Below are positions 1-12,159 of a stretch of DNA of 64,000 nt, piece by piece. This DNA is from Ranitomeya imitator (lineage: Eukaryota). Made by a program: the position numbers and the translations under genes. Below the pieces are notes generated by a model. It ran no database searches, was not told where the DNA came from, and saw only the letters and a list, made by a program, of their open reading frames with translations. Where the stretch lies: contig NC_091289.1 of NCBI RefSeq assembly GCF_032444005.1, positions 4,402,001-4,466,000 of the forward strand, written 5' to 3'. Numbering within the stretch: the stretch's first letter is position 1; every line of letters starts with the position of its first letter.

Positions 1-600
1 TGTCTATCACCTATCTGTTCTCTCCACAGTGCAGCCCCCTACATCTCCTCCTCATCTCTGTCTATCACCCTACCTGTTCTCTCCACAGTGCGGCCCCCTA
101 CATCTCCTCCCTCATTTCTGTCTATCACCCTACCCGTCCTCTCCACAGTGCGGCCCCCTACATCTCCTCCCTCATTTCTGTCTAGCACCCTACCCGTCCT
201 CTCCACAGTGCGGCCCCCTACATCTCCTCCCTCATTTCTGTCTAGCACCCTACCAGTCCTCTCCACAGTGCGGCCCCCTACATCTCCCCATCATTTCTGT
301 CTATCACCCCATCAGTCCTCTCCACAGTGCGGCCCCCTACATCTCCTCCATCATTTCTGTCTATCACCCTACCAGTCCTCTCCACAGTGCGGCCCCCTAC
401 ATCTCCTCCCTCATTTCTGTCTATCACCCTACCCGTCCTCTCCACAGTGCGGCCCCCTTACATCTCCTCCCTCATTTCTGTCTATCACCTACCTGTTCTC
501 TCCACAGTGCGGCCCCCTACATCTCCTCCCTCATTTCTGTCTATCACCCTACCCGTCCTCTCCACAGTGCGGCCCCCTTACATCTCCTCCCTCATTTCTG
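1..600. repeat. Minisatellite, ~59-60-bp unit
   Basis: Repeats of TGTCTATCACCCTACCCGTCCTCTCCACAGTGCGGCCCCCTACATCTCCTCCCTCATTTC. Confidence 0.9.
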
Positions 601-605
601 TTAAT

Positions 606-1131
606 CAGCCTACCTACTCTCTACTCTCCGCAAGTGACTTTAAAATAACCTCTGCACTAATCCGTACCTCTCACTCCCGGCTCCAAGACTTCTCCCGAGT
701 TGCGCCAATCTTCTGGAATGCTCTACCCCAAGAAATCAGGCCTAACCACATCTTATACACTTTTAGGCGCTCCCTAGAAACACACCTGTTTAGAGCGGCC
801 TATCACGTTCCCTAATCAAAGTCCTTTCATATAAAGTCCATTCTCTATTTCTCTGATTATAATCCTCCATCAGACATACTGGCTGGTGAGCAGCTCATGC
901 AGCCTCTATCTGCCCCCACGTCCTAAAGATGGCCGGACCATCATTGTAAGTAAGCCCCTGTACTGTGTCACCTCCCTGTAGATTGTAAGCTCTTATGGGC
1001 AGGGGCGTCATTATATTTGCATTATTGTGTTATCGGTAACTTTGCTCTGGCTGCTGTACATGAACTGCTGAATTGTAAAGCGCTGCGGAATATGTTGGCG
1101 CTATAGAAAGATTATTATTATTATTATTATT
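606..1131 (+). mobile_element. L2 (LINE-2 clade) 3' fragment
   Basis: Translation TSHSRLQDFSRVAPIFWNALPQEIR...TFRRSLETHLFRAAY* is typical of the L2 ORF2 C-terminus. It is followed by a 3' UTR ending TGTAAAGCGCTGCGGAATATGTTGGCGCTATA and a (ATT)n tail. Confidence 0.8.
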
Positions 1132-2444
1132 GGGGGCACCTATGGCAGATTTCTCCCTATAGCCAGTGCTGCACCGCTCTTATAACAGGGCAGAAGAGAC
1201 TGCGACATGTGGAGGACCTGATGGCCGCCCCTCCAGTGTATATAGACCAATGTCAGTGACAAAACATCAGCAACTTGGGCCAAAATGTCCAGTGACAAAG
1301 TTCCCCGGCCGGGCAGCGGGTGACGAGGTCTCAGGTGGGGCACCGGCTTTCAGACTACGGATGGCGGACTGCAGGCGGAGACGGTGACCATTACTCTGCG
1401 TCTGTCTCTCCATTCTCGAGTACTTCGGGCCACGACAGTAACCCGGCGTGCACCACCACTGTCACATCTCTAGGCCTTTTCTTAGGCTGATTCATGCGCC
1501 ATCACCGCCTGAGTATTCAGGTACTTCGGCATCTTCGCCACTACCATGTCTCTGTGCTGCCACTAGTCACACCTGGCTCTGCTGCTCCACATACTCGGCT
1601 CTGCTGTTCCACGGTGCGGTACCGTATACTCATATCTGCAGCCCCACAAGTAAAGTGCGGCACAACATACTCAGTTTCGCTGTTCCACCTCCACGGTGCC
1701 ATCTGCACATTCAGCTCTGCTGTTTCTTGCACAAGGTGCCATCCAGCTCACCCAGCTCTGCTGTTCTGTGCGGCACCATCGCCTTTAGTCCAAGCTTCTC
1801 ATCCAGACCTGCAGCTTTGTAAGTCCACCGCAGCAGGTGAGCCATGACAAGTCCTCATTTCCGACTACCGCCAGCCCCGCGGTGAGAACTTCCTTCATGC
1901 GATGACGATGCGCCAACCGTCTGCTCCCGGCACCTGCAGGTTCAGTCATGACCCAGGTCACCACATCTCCCACCTGCAGGTGATTCATGGAAACTTGTCC
2001 CCAGGGCTCTACAACTGCATCCACTAAATGGCCAACCCAGGATAAGCTCCACCCACCTGACTCTATAAAAAAGACACGAGTCATGTGACACTCTCACACT
2101 GGCTGTGAGGCCTCAGGTCGTAGGGAATAAATGTGACAATCGGTCACTGGCCTTAGGACGGGTGAGGGACGGCACACACTTATCTGGATTTTTTAGGATC
2201 CCATACAGATATAACGTCATCTGCAGCAGCTATTGACTAACACCAAAACCAGCTGTATCCAAGAGAGGAGCGACCCAGGACATCCGCTCACTGGCTGCAC
2301 GGCTCCTCACATCTCAGACTCGCTGATCGGTCATATATTCAGCATTTAGTTGCATTCAAAGCAGAGTTCTGAAATTTCCTTACCCAACACCGGGCCCCAA
2401 TGTTCACAATGTATAGCAATGTGCACCTCCACCTAGTAAGCTGA

Positions 2445-4615
2445 GTGCTGGAGGACACACACGCTCAGCCCCCTCCATCTAATGAGCCGAGTGCTGAAGG
2501 ACACACACGCTCAGCCCCCTCCACCTAATGAGCCGAGTGCTGGAGGACACACACGCTCAGTCCCCTCCACCTAATGAGCCGAGTGCTGGAGGACACACAC
2601 GCTCAGTCCCCTCCACCTAATGAGCCGAGTGCTGAAGGACACACACGCTCGGTCCCCTCCACCTAATGAGCCGAGTGCTGAAGGACACACACGCTCAGTC
2701 CCCTCCACCTAATGAGCAGAGTGCTGAAGGACACACACGCTCAGTCCCCTCCACCTAATGAGCAGAGTGCTGAAGGACACACACGCTCAGTCCCCTCCAC
2801 CTAATGAGCCGAGTGCTGAAGGACACACGCTCAGTCCCCTCCAGCTAATGAGCCAAGTGCTGAAGGACACACACGCTCAGTCCCCTCCACCTAATGAGCC
2901 GAGTGCTGAAGGACACACACGCTCAGTCCCCTCCACCTAATGAGCCGAGTGCTGAAGGACACACACGCTCAGTCCCCTCCACCTAATGAGCCGAGTGCTG
3001 AAGGACACACACGCTCAGTCCCCTCCACCTAATGAGCAGAGTGCTGAAGGACACACACGCTCAGTCCCCTCCACCTAATGAGCAGAGTGCTGAAGGACAC
3101 ACACGCTCAGTCCCCTCCACCTAATGAGCCGAGTGCTGAAGGACACACACGCTCAGTCCCATCCACCTAATGCGCCGAGTGCTGAAGGACACACACGCTC
3201 AGTCCCCTCCACCTAATGAGCCGAGTGCTAAAGGACACACACGCTCAGTCCCTTCGACCTAGTAAGCTGAGTGCTGGAGGACACACATGCTCAGTCCCCT
3301 CCACCTAATGAGCCAAGTGCTGAAGGACACACACGCTCAGTCCCCTCCACCTAATGAGCCAAGTGCTGGAGGACACACACGCTCAGTCCCCTCCACCTAA
3401 TGAGCCAAGTGCTGGAAGACACACACGCTCAGACCCTTACACCTAATGAGCCAAGTGCTGAAGGACACACAGACTCCGTTCCTTCCACCTAATGAGCCAA
3501 GTGCTGGAGGACACACACGCTCAGTCCTCTGAGCATGTGTGTCCTCCAGCACTTGGCTCATTAGGTGGAAGGAACTGAGCATGTGTGTCCTCCAGCACTT
3601 GGCTCATTAGGTGCAGTTCCCTCCACCTAATGAGCCGAGTGCTGAAGGACACACACGCTCAGTCCCCTCCACCTAATGAGCCGAGTGCTGAAGGACACAC
3701 ACGCTCAGTCCCCTCCACCTAATGAGCCGAGTGCTGAAGGACACACACGCTCAGTCCCCTCCACCTAATGAGCCGAGTGCTGAAGGACACACACGCTCAG
3801 TCCCCTCCACCTAATGAGCCGAGTGCTGAAGGACACACACGCTCAGTCACTTCGACCTAGTAAGCTGAGTGCTGAAGGATACACACGCTCAGCCCCCTCC
3901 ACCTAATGAGCCGAGTGCTGAAGGACACACACGCTCAGTCCCCCTCCACCTAATGAGCCAAGTGCTGAAGGACACACACGCTCAGTCCCCTCCACCTAAT
4001 GAGCCAAGTGCTGGAGGACACACACGCTCAGTCCCCTCCACCTAATGAGCCAAGTGCTGGAAGACACACACGCTCAGACCCATACACCTAATGAGCCAAG
4101 TGCTGAAGGACACACGCTCAGTCCCCTCCACCTAATGAGCCAAGTGCTGGAGGACACACACGCTCAGTCCCCTCCACCTAATGAGCCAAGTGCTGGAAGA
4201 CACACACGCTCAGACCCTTACACCTAATGAGCCAAGTGCTGAAGGACACACACGCTCAGTCACCTCCATAAAATGAGCCAAGTGCTTAGAGGACACACAC
4301 ACACTCAGTCCCCTCCACCTAATGTGCCGAGTGCTGGAGGACACACGCTCAGTCCACTCCACCTAATGAGCCGAGTGCTGAAGGACACACACGCTCAGTC
4401 CACTCCACCTAATGTGCCGAGTGCTGGAGGACACACGCTCAGTCCACTCCACCTAGTGATCTGAGTGCTGGAGGACACATGCTCTCCATCCCCTCCATCT
4501 AGTAAGCAGAGTACTGGAGGACACACAGGCTCAGCCCCCTTCACCTAACGTGTCGGGTAATGGAGGACACATGCTCAGTCACATCTGCCAAGTGCTGGAG
4601 GACACACACGCTCAG
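2445..4615. repeat. Minisatellite, 46-bp unit, with an internal inversion at 3529-3613
   Basis: GAGCCGAGTGCTGAAGGACACACACGCTCAGTCCCCTCCACCTAAT repeated. Confidence 0.92.
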
Positions 4616-5035
4616 TAATTCTCAGATTTCCCCATACTGAGCTATTGGTCATACTGGGTGGCCAATAGATATATCTTTCTGCCTGTCAGGAGAGGAGCAG
4701 ACTCTGCAGTATATGGCGGTGGAGCTGGGAAGACCCCATTTATAGGGATAGTAACATAATATACGGTCAGCTGCCAGAGGGGAAAGGAGACTGATTCTAT
4801 TCGGATCAGCAGCAATACCAAAGAGGACACTGACAAGTAATGGCAAGGAAACGTCTGTAATGTTAGAAATACTGGAAATGTGTGGACTTTAGGTATAAAA
4901 GAGACCCATGCGATGGCCTTTTTTTCCTTGGGGGGGGGGGGGGGGGGGTGTCCTCTGTATAGGATCCTGATCTCTTGGGGTACATTGGGGGTCTCTCTCA
5001 TTACAGGACCCATCTTATTCCGTAGAATGGACACA

Positions 5036-5269
5036 GGCAGCACGGTGGCTCAGTGGTTAGCACTGTGGCTCAGTGGTTAGCACTGTATGGTGGCTCAGTG
5101 GTTAGCACTGTATGGTGGCTCAGTGGTTAGCACTGTATGGTGGCGCAGTGGTTAGCACAGCAGCCTTGCAGCGCTGGTGTCCTGGGTTCAAATCCCACCA
5201 AGGACAAGATCTGCAAGGAGTCTATATGTTCTCTCCGTGATTCCGTGGGTTTCCTCCCACATTCCAAAG
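5036..5269 (+). mobile_element. tRNA-derived SINE, 5' half (split by a CR1 insertion)
   Basis: Pol III A box TGGCTCAGTGG is present in five tandem copies, followed by B box GGTTCAAATCC and a SINE core ending TTCCTCCCACATTCCAAAG. Confidence 0.8.
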
Positions 5270-6654
5270 TCTAACCTCTATTGTTGGTAAAATATTTGAA
5301 GGGTTTCTGAGGGATGTTATTCTGGATTATCTCAATGAAAATAACTGTTTAACTCCATATCAGCATGGGTTTATGAGAAATCGCTCCTGTCAAACCAATC
5401 TAATCAGTTTTTATGAAGAGGTAAGCTATAGACTGGACCACGGTGAGTCATTGGACGTGGTATATCTCGATTTTTCCAAAGCGTTTGATACCGTGCCGCA
5501 CAAGAGGTTGGTACACAAAATGAGAATGCTTGGTCTGGGGGAAAATGTGTGTAAATGGGTTAGTAACTGGCTTAGTGATAGAAAGCAGAGGGTGGTTATA
5601 AATGGTATAGTCTCTAACTGGGTCGCTGTGACCAGTGGGGTACCGCAGGGGTCAGTATTGGGACCTGTTCTCTTCAACATATTCATTAATGATCTGGTAG
5701 AAGGTTTACACAGTAAAATATCGATATTTGCAGATGATACAAAACTATGTAAAGCAGTTAATACAAGAGAAGATAGTATTCTGCTACAGATGGATCTGGA
5801 TAAGTTGGAAACTTGGGCTGAAAGGTGGCAGATGAGGTTTAACAATGATAAATGTAAGGTTATACACATGGGAAGAGGGAATCAATATCACCATTACACA
5901 CTGAACGGGAAACCACTGGGTAAATCTGACAGGGAGAAGGACTTGGGGATCCTAGTTAATGATAAACTTACCTGGAGCAGCCAGTGCCAGGCAGCAGCTG
6001 CCAAGGCAAACAGGATCATGGGGTGCATTAAAAGAGGTCTGGATACACATGATGAGAGCATTATACTGCCTCTGTACAAATCCCTAGTTAGACCGCACAT
6101 GGAGTACTGTGTCCAGTTTTGGGCACCGGTGCTCAGGAAGGATATAATGGAACTAGAGAGAGTACAAAGGAGGGCAACAAAATTAATAAAGGGGATGGGA
6201 GAACTACAATACCCAGATAGATTAGCGAAATTAGGATTATTTAGTCTAGAAAAAAGACGACTGAGGGGCGATCTAATAACCATGTATAAGTATATAAGGG
6301 GACAATACAAATATCTCGCTGAGGATCTGTTTATACCAAGGAAGGTGACGGGCACAAGGGGGCATTCTTTGCGTCTGGAGGAGAGAAGGTTTTTCCACCA
6401 ACATAGAAGAGGATTCTTTACTGTTAGGGCAGTGAGAATCTGGAATTGCTTGCCTGAGGAGGTGGTGATGGCGAACTCAGTCGAGGGGTTCAAGAGAGGC
6501 CTGGATGTCTTCCTGGAGCAGAACAATATTGTATCATACAATTATTAGGTTCTGTAGAAGGACGTAGATCTGGGGATTTATTATGATGGAATATAGGCTG
6601 AACTGGATGGACAAATGTCTTTTTTCGGCCTTACTAACTATGTTACTATGTTAC
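5270..6654 (+). mobile_element. CR1-clade LINE, 5'-truncated, intact RT/C-terminal ORF2 segment
   Basis: Open frame 5271-6548 with QHGF, YLDFSKAFDTVPH, SGVPQGSVLGPVLF, FADDTK, LERVQRRATK and SLEKRRLRGDLI; 3' tail (ACTATGTT)n. Confidence 0.95.
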
Positions 6655-6775
6655 ATACTGATAGGGAATTTAGATTGTGAGCCCCGTCGGGGACAGAGAT
6701 GATAATGTGTGCAAACTGTAAAGCGCTGCGGAATATGTTAGCGCTATATAAAAATAAAGATTATTATTTATTATG
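6653..6775 (+). mobile_element. tRNA-derived SINE, 3' half with L2-like tail
   Basis: ACATACTGATAGGGAATTTAGATTGTGAGCCCC...TGTAAAGCGCTGCGGAATATGTTAGCGCTATA followed by an (ATT)-rich tail; continues the SINE core interrupted at 5269. Confidence 0.75.
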
Positions 6776-7400
6776 GTGTAATATTTCATTTCTCCTGTGG
6801 TGGGGCTGCAGGTAAATGTAGCCCCCGGGGTAGGTTTCCTCTACAGATCACTGTGATCAGATCATCGCCAAGGGATCCTTCCAATACGCCGGGATGATCT
6901 AGAGTGGAGAAGCCAATAAACGGGTGGGGGCCACAGGCGCCAAGTATCGTCCTTCTGTAAAACGTGACGGCACGGTCTACGATAGTCCGGCGGGGGGGCA
7001 CCAGGTCCTGGGGGGCTTTCACCTGGCTCTGCTTCCCACCTGTGCGGGTCCGAGGCGCCCACCACCCGCGGCTCTCGGAATGAGACATGAGGCCACTTCC
7101 GCTGCTTGTCCGGCTAAATATATCCTGACATGCCTGTGTGACCACGTAATGGCTGCAGATCAGGAATGTCTGGAATCAAACCAATTCCCTGGAAATACGA
7201 GAAATAAAATATGATTAACCCCTCTAGTGCCAGCAGAAGCCCCTTCCTCCAGCAGCCCTGCCTTGCTCTGCAGCAGCACTTCCGATCACCCCAGCGGCTG
7301 AGGACAGCGCAGGCGATGCAGGCGCCTCCCAGGGCAGGCAGCAGGGACACTCCTCCTCCGGCCCCCGGCCATTGGTGGATTTACATAGGTCTGCCCTCTT

Positions 7401-7420
7401 TTCCTGGAAAGTTCTTGGAA
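7401..7420 (+). promoter_or_regulatory. Tandem STAT5 GAS sites of the CISH promoter
   Basis: TTCCTGGAA-AG-TTCTTGGAA lies about 260 bp upstream of the CISH ATG. It matches the tandem STAT5 element I recall from the mammalian Cish promoter. Confidence 0.88.
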
Positions 7421-7470
7421 ATATATTAGGCGAGTTCTGCTCTTACACTGGGACAACACACACCCAATGC

Positions 7471-7473
<3 letters not shown>

Positions 7474-7529
<56 letters not shown>
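7474..7529. repeat. (TA)28 microsatellite in the CISH promoter/5' UTR
   Basis: Pure TA run between the GAS pair and the CISH ATG. Confidence 0.95.
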
Positions 7530-7532
<3 letters not shown>

Positions 7533-7678
7533 GACAGCAGCGATCCGCGCGGAGAGGACACAGGCGCTGAGCTCTGCCGCTTCATTACCGGACAAACCTT
7601 GGATTTTCGGACCCTCGTCCCCGCTCCCGAGGTCTCTGCGGTTGGACACACATGCCTTTCCGCTCTTCCTGGACAGAT

Positions 7679-10600
7679 ATGATTCTTTGTGTGAGAAGGT
7701 AAGAGACGTTCATTATTCCGATAGCGGCGCCCTATTCCGCAGCGCAGAACGTGACGCCTCCGGTTATTCTGCCGCTCCGCTGAAGGACGCCGCACGTCAT
7801 GTGTTTTTCTTCTCCTGCACTAAAGTCCTCTCCACCTGCGTCCGTTTAACGCCTCTTTATTCCAGTCCACAGAGCCTGTTGGCAGAGCAAAGGATTTGTC
7901 GACCTTCGTCTTGTGTGGGGGTCCCAGGCTTTGCAGCCGACCAAGTCATGCACCCCCTGAACCCTCCCGTCTGTCCGGGGCACCCACTGCCTGCACCTGA
8001 AGTGCCCCCACGGGCGCCTGAGCCCCAGCCGCTGCCGCCACCTCCGCAGGACAACAGGGACCCCGAGGAAGATCTTCTCTGCATTGCCAAGACGTTCTGC
8101 TATCTCCGGGAATCTGGTAAGACCCCAAACACCGCAGGAAGCTGAGAAAAACTTATAATCGGGGACTGGGGAGGTTCTCTAGAAGGGTCAATATTCATAA
8201 GAATGGGGGGGTCCCTGAAAGTAACTTTCCTGGCACCGACTTATCGTCCCACCACCCTCATCAGAGACGGCATCGGCTGTGATTGGCGACATCCGGCACC
8301 GGACCGTGGACGCGTTTATCGCACAGTGGCAGAAATAAAAAGGGGGCGCTAACACTTCAGAGCGACAAGTTCAGCAGGGTTGTGAACAACGGGGACGAAT
8401 GTCGGGAGATGGCGGCACTATTTATGTCGTATTAAAAATCAGGAAAAAAAAGCTACAAAGTAAATAATCATCATCACGTCGGCTTTCCTCGCGGTCTCAT
8501 TCATGGGTCACGCCGGCTTTCCTCGCGGTCTCATTCATGGGTCACGTCGGCTTTCCTCGCGGTCTCATTCACGGGTCACGCCGGTTTTCCTCGCGGTCTC
8601 ATTCCCGGTGTCACGCCGGCTTTCCTCGCGGTCTCATTCACGGGTCACGCCGGTTTTCCTCGCGGTCTCATTCCCGGTGTCACGTCGGCTTTCCTCGCAG
8701 TCTCATTCCCGGTGTCACGTCGGCTTTCCTCGCGGTCTCATTCCCGGGTCACGTCGGCTTTCCTCGCGGTCTCATTCATGGGTCACGCCGGTTTTCCTCG
8801 CGGTCTCATTCCCGATGTCACGTCGGCTTTCCTCGCGGTCTCATTCCCGGGTCACGTCGGCTTTTCTCGCGGTCTCATTCCAGGGTCACGCCGGCATTCC
8901 TCGCGGTCTCATTCCCGGTCACGCCGGCTTTCCTCGCAGTCTCATTCCCAGCATCACGTCGGCTTTCCTCGCGGTCTCATTCCCGGGTCACGTCGTATTT
9001 TCTTGCGGTCTCATTCCCGGCATCACGTCGGCTTTCCTCGTGGTCTCATTCCCGGGTCACGTCGGCTTTCCTCGCGGTCTCATTCCCGGGTCACGTCGTA
9101 TTTTCTCGCGGTCTCATTCCCGGCATCATGTCGGCTTTCCTCGCAGTCTCATTCCCGGGTCACGTCGGCTTTTCTCGCGGTCTCATTCCCGGGTCACGTC
9201 GGCTTTTCTCGCGGTCTCATTCCCGGGTCACGCCGGCTTTCCTCGCGGTCTCATTCCCGGGTCACGTCGGCTTTCCTCGCGGTCTCATTCCCAGGTCACG
9301 TCGGCTTTTCTCGCAGTCTCATTCCCGGGTCACGTTGTATTTTCTCGCGGTCTCATTCCCGGCATCACGACGGCTTTCCTCGCGGTCTCATTCCTGGGTC
9401 ACATCGGCTTTCCTCGCGGTCTCATTCCCGGCATCACGACTGCTTTCCTCGCGGTCTCATTCCTGGGTCACATCGGCTTTCCTCGTGATCTCATTCCCGG
9501 GTCACGTCGGCTTTCCTCGCGGTCTCATTCCCGGGTCACGTCGGCTTTTCTCGCGGTCTCATTCCCGGGTCACGTCGGCTTTCCTCGCGGTCTCATTCCC
9601 AGGTCACGTCGGTTTTTCTCGCGGTCTCATTCCCGGGTCACGTCGGCTTTCCTCGCGGACTCATTCACAGGTCACGTCGGTTTTTCTCGCGGTCTCATTC
9701 CCGGGTCACGTTGTATTTTCTCGCGGTCTCATTCCCGGCATCACGTCGGCTTTCCTCGCGGTCTCATTCCTGGGTCACGTCGGCTTTCCTCGTGATCTCA
9801 TTGCCGGCATCACGTCGGCTTTTCTCGCGTTCTCATTCCTGGCGTCACGTCGGCTTTCCTCGCGGTCTCATTCACGGTGTCACGCCGGCTTTCCTCGTGG
9901 TCTCATTCCTGGTTCACGTCGGCTTTCCTCGCGGTCTCATTCCCGGTGTCACGCCGGCTTTCCTCGCGGTCTCATTCCCGGTGTCACGCCGGCTTTCCTC
10001 GCGGTCTCATTCCCGGTGTCACGCCGGCTTTCCTCGCGGTCTCATTCCCGGTGTCACGTCAGCTTTCCTCGCGGTCTCATTCACGGGTCACGCCGGCTTT
10101 CCTCGCGGTCTCATTCACGGGTCACGCTGGCTTTCCTCGCGGTCTCATTCACGGGTCACGTCGGCTTTCCTCGCAGTCTCATTCCCGGTGTCACGCCGGC
10201 TTTCCTCGCGGTCTCATTCCCGGGTCACGTCGGCTTTCCTCGCGGTCTCATTCCCGGTGTCACGTCGGCTTTCCTCGCGGTCTCATTCCCGGTGTCACGA
10301 CGGCTTTCCTCGCGGTCTCATTCCCGGGTCACACCGGCTTTCCTCGCGCTCTCATTCCCGGTGTCACGCCGGCTTTCCTCGCGGTCTCATTCCCGGGTCA
10401 CGTCGGCTTTCCTCGCGGTCTCATTCCCGGGTCACGTCGGCTTTCCTCGCGGTCTCATTCCCGGTGTCACGCCGGCTTTCCTCGCGGTCTCATTCCCGGT
10501 GTCACGCCGGCTTTCCTCGCGGTCTCATTCCCGGTGTCACGCCGGCTTTCCTCGCGGTCTCATTCCCGGTGTCACATCGGCTTTCCTCGCGGTCTCATTC

Positions 10601-11770
10601 ACGGGTCATGCCGGCTTTCCTCGCGGTCTCATTCCCGCAGTGACAGTCGGACGCTCCCACATCTCTTGCCATTCACAGACCCGAGCGGCCACGTTTACAA
10701 AGCTGGAACACGACACCGGTGGGTTTGGACCGGAGGCCGACACTTCCGTGGCGTCAGATGGGACATGGCAGAGAGATCGCTCTGCAAAAAAACTCTGCGT
10801 TTAACCCCCAAAATCCGGGACTTTTTCTTTATTAAATTTTTGCCCGATACATTTTCTGAATCATTTCAGTTTTATAATAATCCAGAGCGTCTTTTTGGTG
10901 CGACCAGAAGAACGTTAGAAAGTTTTCCTGCATTTTTGTGTAAACTGGAGAGATTGTTTTCTAATTCTGGATTCTGCGCACGGTCACGTTCCCTGCTCAG
11001 AGGGTTCCTCGTACCAGACTCGGCCCCGGGACACAGGTCACTCAGCTTTCTGAGAGCCTGGAATGGAGCAGTGAAAATATCACTACAATATGATGAACTG
11101 CCGTTCAGGAGTCTGGGAAAGCTGAGTGACAGCCCCGCAGGACCTGGATAGAACGGCCGTGCTTTAGCCATCTAACATCGGACAAGAGAAGCGGGGAGCA
11201 TCAGGTGCGGGGAGTTGGGTGATGATTTTGCGGTTCCTACAAGTTGTCGCTTTCTCTCCCCTTCCAGGTTGGTATTGGGGGCCGATTACCGCCACAGAGG
11301 CCAAACAGAGACTCCAGAAAATGCCGGAGGGCGTCTTCCTGGTGCGGGACAGCACGCACCCCAGTTACCTCTTCACTTTATCGGTCCGGACGAACCGCGG
11401 CCCCACGAACGTTCGCATCGAGTACTCGGACAGCCTCTTCCGGCTGGACTCTAACTGGCTGTCTAAGCCGCGGATCCTCTCCTTCCCCGACGTCGTCAGC
11501 CTGGTGCAATATTACGTCTCGTCCTGCAACTCCGACAGCTCCAAGGACCCCGCCAGCCGGTCGCCCCCCGCACCCACCTCCCCTAAAGAGCCCCCGGCAG
11601 TGCACCTCAAGCTCCTGCAGCCGCTGCATCGAAGCGCGGACAGCCCGAGCCTCCAGCACCTGTGCCGGCTACAGATCAGCCGCAGCGTGGCGCCGGGCTC
11701 CGACCTCACAGCGCTGCCGCTGCCGCGGAGGATGGTGGACTACCTGCAGCGGTACCCATTCACGCTCTGA
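7679..11770 (+). CDS. CISH: Cytokine-inducible SH2-containing protein; join(7679..7698,7866..8116,11268..11770), 257 aa
   Basis: Exon 1 is MILCVR with AG|GTAAGA donor. Exon 2 ends [20 protein letters not shown]. Exon 3 has the SH2 domain ([52 protein letters not shown]) and a SOCS box ([10 protein letters not shown]...[18 protein letters not shown]). All junctions are GT-AG; 20+251+503=774 nt, in frame. Confidence 0.97.
8474..10637. repeat. CpG-rich minisatellite, 34-35-bp unit, CISH intron 2
   Basis: GTCACGTCGGCTTTCCTCGCGGTCTCATTCCCGG repeated; source of the long spurious ORFs at 8503-11151. Confidence 0.93.
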
Positions 11771-12153
11771 CTGCAGCAGGGCAGGACGCCATGCTCTACA
11801 CGCACTTCCCGCCACACACTGTATATACTCACCCTATTTATTACCAAGCCCCCCGCACTCTATTATTTTTTTTTATTTCTGGGGGTTTTATACTTTGTCA
11901 GTGGATGATTCCCCCAGGATGGGCTTCCTTGCCCCCTCAGAACTGGTGCCCGTGGAGGATTACACCCTGCGTACCCTGTAACCACCCTCCTACAGTGGAG
12001 CGCAGCGACTGTCTGGACTTGCCCGTGGGCGCAGTCGCTGACCGACCACCGCGGACCCCTCTGCTGCGCCCTGATAAGGCGGCAGAGCTGCACTTTAGTG
12101 GTTTCGTGGCGATGACGTGGGAGGAATCTTTCCGTTTGGCCGCTGGAGATAAC

Positions 12154-12159
12154 AATAAA
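12154..12159 (+). terminator. Candidate CISH polyadenylation signal
   Basis: AATAAA about 385 nt after the CISH stop; AT-rich TATTTATT elements occur earlier in the UTR. Confidence 0.5.

Noticed and set aside
1135-2440. Possible MAPKAPK3 first exon (expected head-to-head with CISH) or retroelement remnant
   Set aside because: No kinase N-terminal motif in any listed ORF; the sequence may be a decayed TE but I cannot assign it.
5036-5200. tRNA gene
   Set aside because: A and B boxes are present, but the A box is tandemly repeated and the sequence continues into a SINE body; I could not build a cloverleaf.
8503-11151. Long ORFs up to 755 aa in CISH intron 2
   Set aside because: They are translations of a stop-poor 34-35-bp repeat, open in several frames, with no domain content.
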